From contig CBFIGY010000003.1 of assembly GCA_965662235.1 (NCBI GenBank), forward strand, positions 32,001 through 96,000: DNA of 64,000 nucleotides, given 5' to 3'. The notes below the pieces were generated by a model. It worked only from the letters and a program-made list of their open reading frames with translations. It had not been told where the DNA came from and did not search any database. The stretch is from an uncultured bacterium (lineage in GTDB: Bacteria > SAR324 > NAC60-12). The position numbers and the translations under genes are program-made. The first letter of the stretch is position 1. Each line of letters begins with the position of its first letter. Below, one piece after another: positions 9,992 through 19,004 of this stretch.

Positions 9992-10345
9992 ATGCCCTCC
10001 ACTCGCCTTCAAATTGTTGCTCAGGTGCTCACGGTGGCGCTGCTGCACTGGATGGCGGCGCTGCCTCCGCACTGGGTCCATCACCTGCCCTTGGGCCAGT
10101 CTGCGGTGTCTCAGCACCAGCATGCCCATGCTGACTCGCACCATGAGTCGCACCAGCAGCAGGTGGAGCGCGATGCTGAATGCGTCCTCCTGCAACAGGC
10201 TCAGCTTGCCGGACTGTCGCTTCTGCCGCAGGCCCTGACGCTGCTTCCACCGGACGCACCGCTCGGGTCGATCCGCCTGCCACAGGCAGCCTTTCCTTCA
10301 TCTCCCTTTTCCCCCTCTTCGCCTTCGCGCGGCCCCCCGGTCTAA
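9992..10345 (+). CDS. His-rich exported leader protein ending in RGPP (DUF2946/CruR/CutF-like candidate arrest peptide)
   Basis: N-terminal hydrophobic helix, HWVHH..HQHAHADSHHESH, one Cys (ECVLL) and a Pro/Ser-rich tail ending SRGPPV-stop; directly upstream of SCO/PCuAC; alternative TTG start at 9962. Confidence 0.7.
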   Translation: MPSTRLQIVAQVLTVALLHWMAALPPHWVHHLPLGQSAVSQHQHAHADSHHESHQQQVERDAECVLLQQAQLAGLSLLPQALTLLPPDAPLGSIRLPQAAFPSSPFSPSSPSRGPPV

Positions 10346-10413
10346 CGTCTCACCGTTTCGTATCATCCTGACTTCCGGCACCATCCGGATCACTCTGACT
10401 CGACGAGGGTTTC

Positions 10414-10980
10414 ATGCGTACATTCATCGTCATGCTGGCATTCCTGTTTCTGACAGGCTCGGCTCAGGCCGAACTGAAGGAATACGGGAGCATGGGAGGA
10501 GACTTCACCCTTCCCAGTTCTTTGGACCGCCCGGTCTCGCTTAAGGAGTTCCGGGGCCAGGTGGTGCTCCTCTTTTTTGGGTACACCGCCTGTCCTGACA
10601 TCTGCCCCACCACCATGGTCCGGGTGCAGCAGGCTCTGAAGGAGCTGGACCCTGAGGTGGAGGCCCAGGTGCAGCCGCTGTTCATTTCTGTGGATCCGGA
10701 ACGCGACACCCCCGAGCAGCTTCAGGGATACGTTACTTACTTTCACCCCCGCTTCATTGGCCTGACGGGTTCCCTTGATGAACTCAAGGCCGTGGCCAAG
10801 CAGTATGGGGCCTTCTTTGCCAAAGACTCCCGCACCGAAACCGCCGCGGGCTACCTGGTTGCGCACTCCGGATACGTCTACCTCCTTGATGGCGAGGGAC
10901 AGCTCCGAGCGCTCTATCGGCAAGATGCTGAGCCCAGTGAGATGGCAGACGACATTGCCACTTTGGCAGACGACCTTTAA
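10414..10980 (+). CDS. SCO1/SenC copper chaperone
   Basis: Signal peptide, FFGYTACPDICP (CxxxC), SVDPERDT and the conserved His in VAHSG. Confidence 0.95.
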   Translation: MRTFIVMLAFLFLTGSAQAELKEYGSMGGDFTLPSSLDRPVSLKEFRGQVVLLFFGYTACPDICPTTMVRVQQALKELDPEVEAQVQPLFISVDPERDTPEQLQGYVTYFHPRFIGLTGSLDELKAVAKQYGAFFAKDSRTETAAGYLVAHSGYVYLLDGEGQLRALYRQDAEPSEMADDIATLADDL

Positions 10981-11006
10981 TCCCTTCACTGAATGAGATT
11001 TTTTCT

Positions 11007-11522
11007 ATGACCCCTTCTTCGAAATGGATTCTGGCCCTTCTCGTGGCCCTTTCCCTAGGCATCGGCACCTCTGTTCAGGCCCAGTCCATGGACGGCTCTG
11101 GTGTGGAAGCACACGAAGCGTGGATCCGAGCCACGCCCCCGAATGCCTCAAGCAGTGCCGCCTACATGCACTTGATGAACTACCAGAACACCCCGGACGC
11201 CTTGATTGCCGCAAGCTCTCCGCTTGCCGAGGTGACCGAAATCCATAACGTCCGGGAGCAGGACGGGATGATGCGGATGTTCCCAGTGGACGCCGTGGAC
11301 ATTCCGGCAGAAGGCATGGCAGAGCTGAAGCCCGGGAGCTTCCACGTCATGTTCATCAAGCTCAAGCAGGCGCCTCAACCCGGAGAGACCTACCCGGTCA
11401 CCCTCCGCTTCCGTCATGCCCCGGAAATCACGGTTCAGGTTCCGGTGATGCAAAACGCGGCTCCCATGGATCATGACACGATGCACAAGATGCATCATGG
11501 GAGCGACAACATGAAGAACTAG
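11007..11522 (+). CDS. Periplasmic copper chaperone PCu(A)C
   Basis: AWIRATPP..SAAYM, EIH..DGMMRM and LKPGSFHVM Cu(I) motifs; Met/His-rich C-terminus. Confidence 0.95.
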   Translation: MTPSSKWILALLVALSLGIGTSVQAQSMDGSGVEAHEAWIRATPPNASSSAAYMHLMNYQNTPDALIAASSPLAEVTEIHNVREQDGMMRMFPVDAVDIPAEGMAELKPGSFHVMFIKLKQAPQPGETYPVTLRFRHAPEITVQVPVMQNAAPMDHDTMHKMHHGSDNMKN

Positions 11523-11524
11523 CC

Positions 11525-12583
11525 ATGACCCAACCTCCTCGTCCCCCTCGGGCCAAGACTGGACAGGCGGTGGCATTGCTGGTGGCCGGACTGGTGGGGG
11601 TCGCCCTCGCTTGGACTGCCGGCCCCATGCAGTCCGGCTCCTCTGCGAAGAATAACCTGCTTCCAGAGCAGCAGGGCGAGCACCCGCTTCAGGCCGGTCA
11701 AGGCGCCGAGAATTGTTTCACGGTTCACCCAGACCAGCAGCTGGACTACCAGTTTCAGGCGTCTGGGAACGTGTACTTTGATGTGCATTACCACATTGGT
11801 CAGGAGGTTGGGTACAGCACCCGCCTCCCGGAGGCCCAGACCGGTCAGGGCTCCGTGCGTCCTCCTCAGAAGGACATTTACTGCCTGTACTGGGAAAACC
11901 GGGGGGCCTCCGAGGTTCGTGTGACCTACTCCGGCATCCTGGCGTCTCAGGATCCCAATCAGGTCCGGACTGAGCTGCGGCTGCGCTACCAGGCAGACAC
12001 GCAGAGCATTGGGGCCTTTGACCTCTCTGACCAGGAACGCTTCACCCTCAAGGTGGGGCACCCGGTCCTCAACTTCTCCCTCAACAACGAAGCGTCTCTG
12101 CTCGCCGTGCTGGTGTCAGATGTTCCGGACCCGCTGCGGGTGTATGAGTTGCCCTCAGGAACCCTGCGGTACGCGCTGCCGCTGGACCAGACCCCGCGTT
12201 TCCTCGTCTTCTCCGGCGATGACCGCTTCCTGGCCCTAGGAGATGAGCACATGCAGCAGGTCACCCGGGTGGACCTCGAGATGGCTCAGGAGGAACGCCT
12301 GCTCCTTCCTGCGGCACCTCAGGCGCTGTCTCCGGACAAGGATCCACAGTTCTTTCTGGCGCGACTGGAAGGCGAGGTGATCAAGGTGGGATTTGACCCG
12401 CTGGAAGTCACGGAGCGGCGGGCCAAGATCGAGTTGGCGTTTGGAGAGGAAACCATTCTGGCGGATCCGGAAGAAGTCTGTTTTGCGCATGGGGTGCCGC
12501 ATCCGCTCTACACCCCCATTCCGGAAGCCATGAGCCCGCAGGGTCTGCCTGCGTCTGTGCTCCTGGCCGCACAACCGCTTTAA
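11525..12583 (+). CDS. Hypothetical exported protein (N-terminal C..FDVHYH..YCLYWEN domain plus beta-propeller-like region)
   Basis: 352-aa ORF starting 2 nt after the PCuAC stop; N-terminal TM/signal segment; repeated FS.D...LA strands. Confidence 0.75.
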   Translation: MTQPPRPPRAKTGQAVALLVAGLVGVALAWTAGPMQSGSSAKNNLLPEQQGEHPLQAGQGAENCFTVHPDQQLDYQFQASGNVYFDVHYHIGQEVGYSTRLPEAQTGQGSVRPPQKDIYCLYWENRGASEVRVTYSGILASQDPNQVRTELRLRYQADTQSIGAFDLSDQERFTLKVGHPVLNFSLNNEASLLAVLVSDVPDPLRVYELPSGTLRYALPLDQTPRFLVFSGDDRFLALGDEHMQQVTRVDLEMAQEERLLLPAAPQALSPDKDPQFFLARLEGEVIKVGFDPLEVTERRAKIELAFGEETILADPEEVCFAHGVPHPLYTPIPEAMSPQGLPASVLLAAQPL

Positions 12584-12598
12584 CCCTACAGGAGGCAC

Positions 12599-13312
12599 AT
12601 GCCTGCAGCTTCTACCGTTTGGGTCACCGGCGCCGCGGGTGGCATTGGCACCGCCGTGGCGCGTCGCTTTCAGCAGTCCGGGGCCACGGTCCTGGGAACC
12701 GACCTAGCGGCCACCGGTCCGGAGGCCTGCACCCGGTACGTGCCTCTTGACAGCACCGACGAGTCAGCGGTCGAGGCCTTCTGCCAAGAAGTCCAGACGC
12801 AGTACGGAAGCCTCCAAACCCTTGTGCACTGTGTCGGAAAAACCCAAACGGGAGACCTGGCGTCCACATCCCTCAGTGACTGGAACGCCCTTCTGGCCGC
12901 CAACCTGACATCGTGTTTCCTGGTTGCCAAGCACGTCCAGCCTCTGCTGGAACCGAACCGGGCCTCTGCCGTGTTCATTGGCTCCACCAATGCGCACAAT
13001 GGAGGAAGCGCGCTCTCCGGCGCAGCGTACGCGGTTGCCAAAGCGGGGGTGGAAAACCTGGTGCGGTACTTGGCCCGGGAGTGGGCGGAGGCCGGATTGC
13101 GGGTCAACGCCGTCTCTCCCGGACCCGTGGAAACGCCCATGGTGACCCGGTTCGAGGCGCCTGTTTTGAAGAAGCTGGAGCAGGCTGGACTCCGCGGGAG
13201 ACTGGGCACTCCGGAAGAGATTGCGGCGGCCATTCACTTCCTTGCCAGCCCTGAGGCCGACTGGATGACCGGCGTCAGCCTCAACCTCTCAGGCGGACTG
13301 ATCCTCCGGTGA
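12599..13312 (+). CDS. Short-chain dehydrogenase/reductase
   Basis: TGAAGGIG, YAVAK (YxxxK) and RVNAVSPG; GGAGG Shine-Dalgarno. Confidence 0.93.
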   Translation: MPAASTVWVTGAAGGIGTAVARRFQQSGATVLGTDLAATGPEACTRYVPLDSTDESAVEAFCQEVQTQYGSLQTLVHCVGKTQTGDLASTSLSDWNALLAANLTSCFLVAKHVQPLLEPNRASAVFIGSTNAHNGGSALSGAAYAVAKAGVENLVRYLAREWAEAGLRVNAVSPGPVETPMVTRFEAPVLKKLEQAGLRGRLGTPEEIAAAIHFLASPEADWMTGVSLNLSGGLILR

Positions 13313-14098
13313 CGTCACCGTTGCCAGAAACGCCAGCAGCCGCTCGTTCAGGTCGGCAGCCCGTTCCATCTGCACAAGGTGTCCGGCGCCTTCCCACACC
13401 GTCACCTGCGCCTGCGGAAGCGCTTGGGCGTGGGTGACCGGGAGGATCGCGTCTTCCTGTCCCCACAGCACCAGCGTCGGCGGCTCCGGTGCCGACGGAG
13501 GAGGTCCTTCCGCCTGCAACGCGGTCACCGCGCTTTCCAGTTGCTGCAGCGCCTCCGTAACGCCCTCCTGCTGCTTGTAGGCCAGAATCGCCTCCACCAC
13601 CGAATCACTCACCAACCCGGGATTCGCAAACAGCTGCTGAACGACCGGCTTCAGCGTTGCCACCGAAGATGCCGCAATGAAGCCCTCCAGGAAGGACCCG
13701 TTGACCTCTGTCCCCAGCCCGGCACTGCTGATGAGCGTCAGGGACTGAACCTGTTCCGGATGCTGCTGCGCCAGCTTCAGCACCAAGGCGCCTCCCAGCG
13801 AGTGCCCCACCGCGTGCACGCGGGGGAGTTCCCTTTCTGTCAGAAACCGGCTCAGCCACTCGGCGAGTTCCGGAAGAGTAGTCGCAGGGAGGCGTTTATC
13901 GGATTTGCCGTGTCCCGGCAGATCGAGGGCCACCACGCGGTGCACCTGAGCCAGCGCTTCTAGGTTGAAGAGCCAGTTGTCCAGGTCTCCTCCGAAGCCA
14001 TGCACCAGCAGCACCGTTGAACCGGAGCCCCGATCGGTGTAGTGCACCGGCAGGCCTTCTACTTCGGTCAGAAAGAAAGGGGGCGCGACGGTGGGCAT
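13289..14098 (-). CDS. Alpha/beta hydrolase resembling the catalytic domain of proteobacterial AcoC, with no lipoyl domain
   Basis: LVHGFGGDLDNWLFN, DLPGHG, GHSLGG, WGQEDAILP and GAGHLVQME; located in the aco cluster. Confidence 0.88.
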   Translation of the reverse strand: MPTVAPPFFLTEVEGLPVHYTDRGSGSTVLLVHGFGGDLDNWLFNLEALAQVHRVVALDLPGHGKSDKRLPATTLPELAEWLSRFLTERELPRVHAVGHSLGGALVLKLAQQHPEQVQSLTLISSAGLGTEVNGSFLEGFIAASSVATLKPVVQQLFANPGLVSDSVVEAILAYKQQEGVTEALQQLESAVTALQAEGPPPSAPEPPTLVLWGQEDAILPVTHAQALPQAQVTVWEGAGHLVQMERAADLNERLLAFLATVTSPEDQSA

Positions 14099-14180
14099 GA
14101 TCTCCTCAGAAAAAAGAAGGTTGTGGGAAAAGCAACCCCGGTTTGCAGAAGCCTACCGGGGCGCATGGCCGGCTCGGCCG

Positions 14181-15236
14181 TCATGAAGCCGACTGAAGGC
14201 GCCGCAGGTACAGGTCTCGTTGCTGCCCCACCTGCAGGGTGCGTTCGACCTCCAGCACACATGGGCCTTCGGCAACCAGCTCCACTTCCAGCTCCTCGCC
14301 CTGAAGCTCCCGGACGCGTTCTCCGTCCACCAGCACCGTGCCTTCTGACACTTCAATGGTCCGGACCTGCCCCACGTGCAGCGGCTCCACCACCTCCAGC
14401 GGTACCGGCTGTACCACGCCTGCCGTTAGGACCGCCTGAACCTCAAACTGGTTTCCCATGAACGCTGCAGCGCCTTGGGGCGTCAGCGGAGGAATCTCCA
14501 AAACAGCACCCGGGATGCCACAGAGCCCCGACGCCCCAGGGAAGCAGCGGGTGACAAAAACCGCCCGAAGGTCATCCGCCTTCCACACGGCTCGCCCACC
14601 AATCCGGGTCTGACGGGAAATGGCTAGGTCCACCAACGCCGTCTCTTCCCAGTCCTCGGTCCGGGCCAGCAACAGCTTATGGCGGGGAGTCAGGGACTGA
14701 ACAATGTACCCCGATTGCTTCAGCCGCAGAAACGTCGCTGCTGCCACACCAGCCTGAGTGGCCTCTGCCTGCAGGGGGAAGATGTTGTTGGTTCCCGCCG
14801 ACAGCGGCAACAGGGGAACCGACTGAGCTTCCAGCGCCACCAACCGGTTGGTGCCATCGCCCCCAAAGGTGATGATGAGGTCACACCCCGCGGCTCGCAT
14901 CAGACGGGTTGCTTCTAGGGTATCCTGTGGCGTCCCCGTTGGCTTCAGGTCCAGCGGCTCCAGCTGCACCCCTTTGGGAAAGGCATCGGGGGCATCCGGA
15001 AGGGGCGTCAGGGCCGAGTACGCCTGAGGCGCCAGCCCCAGACGTTCTGGCATGTACAGCACCCGGCAGGGTCCCAACGCCCGGAGTCCCGCCAGCACCC
15101 GGGTGATCCGGTTCACCTTCACCAGGTGGGTCACCGTTTCTGCGCTGGAAACCAGGCGTCGCATGTCGTGTCCAGAAGACGGGTTTGCCACTAAACCGAC
15201 GAGGGGCACCCCGCCTTCCGGACGTCTCCTCAGCAT
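14181..15236 (-). CDS. acoX: AcoX-like NAD-kinase-family protein
   Basis: ANPSSGHDMRRLVS, GGDGTNR, SAGTNN and DGER motifs; aco gene context. Confidence 0.85.
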   Translation of the reverse strand: MLRRRPEGGVPLVGLVANPSSGHDMRRLVSSAETVTHLVKVNRITRVLAGLRALGPCRVLYMPERLGLAPQAYSALTPLPDAPDAFPKGVQLEPLDLKPTGTPQDTLEATRLMRAAGCDLIITFGGDGTNRLVALEAQSVPLLPLSAGTNNIFPLQAEATQAGVAAATFLRLKQSGYIVQSLTPRHKLLLARTEDWEETALVDLAISRQTRIGGRAVWKADDLRAVFVTRCFPGASGLCGIPGAVLEIPPLTPQGAAAFMGNQFEVQAVLTAGVVQPVPLEVVEPLHVGQVRTIEVSEGTVLVDGERVRELQGEELEVELVAEGPCVLEVERTLQVGQQRDLYLRRLQSAS

Positions 15237-15503
15237 TTAGGAGGCTGCTTCAAGGAGGGCCAGCGGAGCATCGGGCTTGAAGAGTTTCCCCTTTCCCACC
15301 ACAACCTCCTTCACCACTCCTGAAACCGGGGCCACCACCTCCAGCGTCGTCTTGACGATGACGGCTTCAGCCAGGAGGTCCCCCTCCTGAACGGTGTCGC
15401 CCACTTGAACCTCCCAGTCCTTGATCAGGCCGTCGGCTTCCTTTCCTTCCGCCGGCCAGTCCGCCTGGGTTACCACTACTTCAACCAGCGCGGGTTCGCT
15501 CAT
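15237..15503 (-). CDS. Stand-alone lipoyl-carrier domain protein
   Basis: 88 aa; W.VQVGDTVQEGDLLAEAVIVKTTLEVVAPVSGVV biotin/lipoyl attachment fold with Lys at the hairpin. Confidence 0.9.
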   Translation of the reverse strand: MSEPALVEVVVTQADWPAEGKEADGLIKDWEVQVGDTVQEGDLLAEAVIVKTTLEVVAPVSGVVKEVVVGKGKLFKPDAPLALLEAAS

Positions 15504-16510
15504 GACATCATGCTCCTAACAGTGCTTTCAATGTGTCCCACCTGAGGAATCACAGCCTCTTCCAGGGGACGAGTGTAGGGAATGGGGACATCCGGAACCG
15601 CGAGGCGCTTGACAGGTCCCTGCAGGTTGACGGTGTCCAGGTTTTCCGCAACGATGGCCGCAATTTCACCTGAGAGGCCGAAGCTGAGGTAGTCCTCATC
15701 CGCCACCAGCAGGCGTCCGGTCTTGCGGACCGAGTTGAGGACCGTTTCCTTGTCGAGCGGCACCAGCGTCCGCAGGTCGATGACCTCGGCACTGATCCCG
15801 TCTTTGGCCAGGGCTTCGGCGGCCAGCATGCTCTTGTGCACCATCTGGCTCAGCGTCACAATCGTCACATCCGACCCCTCACGGACAATGTTCGCCTGTC
15901 CGAAGGGAATGGTGTAAGCCTCTTCCGGAACCTCGTTGGTGCTGCCGGTGTAGTAGGCCATCCAGGGAAGGCCCATGATGCCCTTGTGAAAGAAGTACAT
16001 CACCGGATTGTCGTCCCGGATCGCACTGATCATTAGGCCCTTGGCGTCATAGGCGTTGGACGGGACCACGATCTTCAGTCCAGGAGTGTGCGCAAACAGG
16101 CTGTAGAGGCACTGAGAGTGCTGAGCCGCGTCGTTGTAGCCGCCGCCAATGGCCGTTGTCAGCACCACCGGCAGGTTGACGTTTCCGCCCGACATGTAGG
16201 TGTTCTTGGCCATGTGGTTGTAGATCTGGTCCATGCAGACCCCAAAGAAGTCCACAAACATCAGTTCCACAATCGGACGCATGCCCTCTGCGGCAGCTCC
16301 AGTGGCCGCACCAATGAAGGCGGTCTCGGAGATCGGCGTGTCCATCACCCGCTCCGGACCAAACTGGTCCAGCAGGCCTCCGGTGGCGCCAAAGATGCCT
16401 CCATACTTGGCAACATCCTCCCCCATGACAAACACATTCTCATCCTTTTGCATCTCCTGCCCAATGGCTTCCGAGATGGCTGCAGCCATGGTCAATTCAC
16501 GATTTGACAT
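15500..16510 (-). CDS. acoB: TPP-dependent 2-oxoacid/acetoin dehydrogenase E1 beta subunit
   Basis: MGEDV..YGGIFG, DTPISE, ELMFVDF, AQHSQ and EVIDLRTLVPLD. Confidence 0.9.
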   Translation of the reverse strand: MSNRELTMAAAISEAIGQEMQKDENVFVMGEDVAKYGGIFGATGGLLDQFGPERVMDTPISETAFIGAATGAAAEGMRPIVELMFVDFFGVCMDQIYNHMAKNTYMSGGNVNLPVVLTTAIGGGYNDAAQHSQCLYSLFAHTPGLKIVVPSNAYDAKGLMISAIRDDNPVMYFFHKGIMGLPWMAYYTGSTNEVPEEAYTIPFGQANIVREGSDVTIVTLSQMVHKSMLAAEALAKDGISAEVIDLRTLVPLDKETVLNSVRKTGRLLVADEDYLSFGLSGEIAAIVAENLDTVNLQGPVKRLAVPDVPIPYTRPLEEAVIPQVGHIESTVRSMMS

Positions 16511-16543
16511 GATTTTATCCTCCAATAGAAACGGTCAACAGGG

Positions 16544-17548
16544 TTAGACAAAGACGTGCATGGTGGCTTCTGAGACATCCGGATACGGGCTCTCACGGGC
16601 AAAGGTGTAAGCCGCCTCCACGGTGGCTTTGGCCCGGGCCCGGATTTCGGCCTCTTCTGCCTCTGAAAGGCCGCCGTCCATCAGCTGCTTCTTGAGCCGG
16701 TCGATGGGGTCGTTCTCCCGGAGTTTCTTGACTTCGTCTTGGGGCCGGTAGGCTTCTGCGTCGCCCTGGAAGTGTCCCAGGTACCGGTCGGTGCTGACCT
16801 CAATGAGCGATGGGCCTTCGCCTCGGCGTGCTCGGGCAATGGCTTCTCCAACCACATCGTACACCTCTAGGGGGTCGTTGTTTTCCACACGGACCCCCGG
16901 AATGCCGTATCCAACCGCCCGGTCGGCATTGTTGGCCACGGCGGTGGAGTCCTCCCGAGTGACTGAAATGGCGTACTTGTTGTCCTCGCAGATGAAGACC
17001 ACAGGGAGCTTCCAGACGGCTGCCAGGTTCAGGGACTCATGGAACGATCCTTGGTTGGCCGCGCCTTCGCCAAAGAACGTCACGGTCACCCAATCCTTGC
17101 CCTTCTTCTTGGCCGCCAGAGCAGCTCCGCAGGCTTGAGGCATGCCAGCCCCAATGATGCCGCTGCAGCCAAACTTCTTCTCGACACTGAAGAGGTGCAT
17201 GTGCCCGCCTTTGCCGCGGCCCAGCCCGGTGACCTTTCCAAACATTTCAGCGGCCATTTCCTTCAGCGGAACCCCTTTGGCAATGGCAAAGTGGTGCGGC
17301 CGGTGCGTGCCCGTGATCGTGTCGTCATCGGTCAGGTGGGCGCAGGTGCCAACCGCCACCGGCTCCTGTCCTGCCGCAAGGTGCATTTCCCCGGGGACCG
17401 TGCCGCCGCCGATGTCAAACGCCAATCCTTCCTGAATGTTCGGAGGCAGCTTTCCTTCGAGGTACACGTTGACCATTGTCTCTTCAAAGTCCCGGATGAT
17501 CAGCATCTGCTCATACATCCACAACTGATGCTCCTTGGTGGGTTCCAT
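16544..17548 (-). CDS. acoA: TPP-dependent 2-oxoacid/acetoin dehydrogenase E1 alpha subunit
   Basis: GEMHLAAGQE, THRPHH, GKGGHMH, the FGEGAANQG..HESLN..EDN TPP motif and GHFQGD; AAGGAG SD before ATG 17548. Confidence 0.88.
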   Translation of the reverse strand: MEPTKEHQLWMYEQMLIIRDFEETMVNVYLEGKLPPNIQEGLAFDIGGGTVPGEMHLAAGQEPVAVGTCAHLTDDDTITGTHRPHHFAIAKGVPLKEMAAEMFGKVTGLGRGKGGHMHLFSVEKKFGCSGIIGAGMPQACGAALAAKKKGKDWVTVTFFGEGAANQGSFHESLNLAAVWKLPVVFICEDNKYAISVTREDSTAVANNADRAVGYGIPGVRVENNDPLEVYDVVGEAIARARRGEGPSLIEVSTDRYLGHFQGDAEAYRPQDEVKKLRENDPIDRLKKQLMDGGLSEAEEAEIRARAKATVEAAYTFARESPYPDVSEATMHVFV

Positions 17549-17677
17549 GTGTTTGTCTCCTTGTTGGCGAGGCACCAGGGGTCCCTCAAAGTGAAAAGGC
17601 CACAGCGTTTCAGCCGCTGGGCAACCAGGCCTCCGTCTGGAGGAAATTCAAACCGGCGTTGCCGCCAATGCCCAACC

Positions 17678-18952
17678 TCAGGGTTGGTAAAAAATGCGAT
17701 AGACCACCCCCGCTCGATCGTCTGAAACCAACAGGGAGCCGTCGGCGTAAAGCTGCACGTCAACGGGACGTCCAAGGTAGGCTCCCGACTCAGTCATCCA
17801 GCCGGAGGCAAAGACCTCCGTCCGGGCCGCATTCCCAGAAGCATCCAGAAAGGTCACCATCACCTGAGCGCCACGTGGAGTGGTCGCATTCCAAGAGCCG
17901 TGCTGCGCGCTGAAGATGGCGTTGTCGTACTTTTGGGGGAATTGGGTTCCAGTGTAAAACATCATCCCCAAATCGGCGGCGTGCGCCTGCATCTCCACCT
18001 GAGGCGCCACGTAGTTACGGGCCTTTTCGGCAGGAATCGGCTGGTTCTGGTACTCATAGGTCCGCACTTCACCTCCTCCGTAATGCGGGTGACCGTACCA
18101 CACATCCGGTCCCAACCGCGGAGCACGGTTCAGCTCGCCCGGAGGCGTTTCGTCACCCATGCCGTCCACCTGATTGTCCGTAAACCACAAGGAGCCGTCC
18201 TTCGGGTTGAAGGCGTGCCCCACGGAGTTGCGGATGCCAATGGCGACCACTTCCCGATTCAGAGGCTCTCCGGGGAAGCGGTTGATGCGGATGATGCCTC
18301 CGATGCCGACCTGGTCATAAAACGGGTACTTGGACGGAGGTGCCACGTTGTAAGGCTGCCCCAGGCTGATGTAAAGACGGTTGTCGGGTCCCACCACACA
18401 CACCCGTGCCGTGTGCCCCGACGACTCCTCCTGCCGAGGAATCAGCTCTCCCTGAGCAACCAAAGGCACAGCCCGCGCTTCCGGATTGCCGGACACCTCG
18501 TCCGCGTTCGGGAACCAGAGGACCCGATTGCGCTCTGCCAGGTAGAGGTCACCCTCCGGGCTCAGGCAGGGGCCATTGGGAACATCGAAGCGGATTCCAG
18601 GCGCAAAGCGTGTGACCTGCTCGGCCTGCCCATCTTGATCCGTGTCCACGGCTTCCCAGACATCCGTGCGGCGGGTGCCAATCCAGACCCGTCCCGGGGG
18701 GCTCACCGACAGGTGCCGGGCGTTGGGCACCAGGGCAAAGACTTCAATCTGAAAGCCGGGAGGAAGCTGAATGCGAGGAAGGATGCGCGTCTCGATCGTC
18801 TGACGCGCCGGCGAGTCCTGAGGAACCTGCTGGGCCAGTTGGGTGTTGACCCAAAGGGCCTCTGGAAAGGACGCGGCGTCTGCGGGGCGCCCAAAAGCAC
18901 TTCCCACGCCCGTCAGCAGCAACAAAAGGATCAGATGAAGGATTCGGATCAC
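17678..18952 (-). CDS. Periplasmic PQQ-dependent glucose/sorbosone dehydrogenase family protein
   Basis: Signal peptide after GTG 18952 (AAGGA SD); LPPGFQIEVFA..NAR, GIRNSVG, WFTDN, AQHGSWN and GRPVDV...DGSLLVSDD. Confidence 0.88.
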   Translation of the reverse strand: MIRILHLILLLLLTGVGSAFGRPADAASFPEALWVNTQLAQQVPQDSPARQTIETRILPRIQLPPGFQIEVFALVPNARHLSVSPPGRVWIGTRRTDVWEAVDTDQDGQAEQVTRFAPGIRFDVPNGPCLSPEGDLYLAERNRVLWFPNADEVSGNPEARAVPLVAQGELIPRQEESSGHTARVCVVGPDNRLYISLGQPYNVAPPSKYPFYDQVGIGGIIRINRFPGEPLNREVVAIGIRNSVGHAFNPKDGSLWFTDNQVDGMGDETPPGELNRAPRLGPDVWYGHPHYGGGEVRTYEYQNQPIPAEKARNYVAPQVEMQAHAADLGMMFYTGTQFPQKYDNAIFSAQHGSWNATTPRGAQVMVTFLDASGNAARTEVFASGWMTESGAYLGRPVDVQLYADGSLLVSDDRAGVVYRIFYQP

Positions 18953-19004
18953 ACTCAACTCGTTCCTTGTCGATGAAGGGTTTCCCAGTCTAGAAGACCC
19001 CTTT

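Noticed and set aside
12599..13312. SDR as the butanediol/acetoin reductase of the aco locus
   Set aside because: It is on the opposite strand, co-oriented with the copper operon, and generic SDR motifs do not support a substrate call
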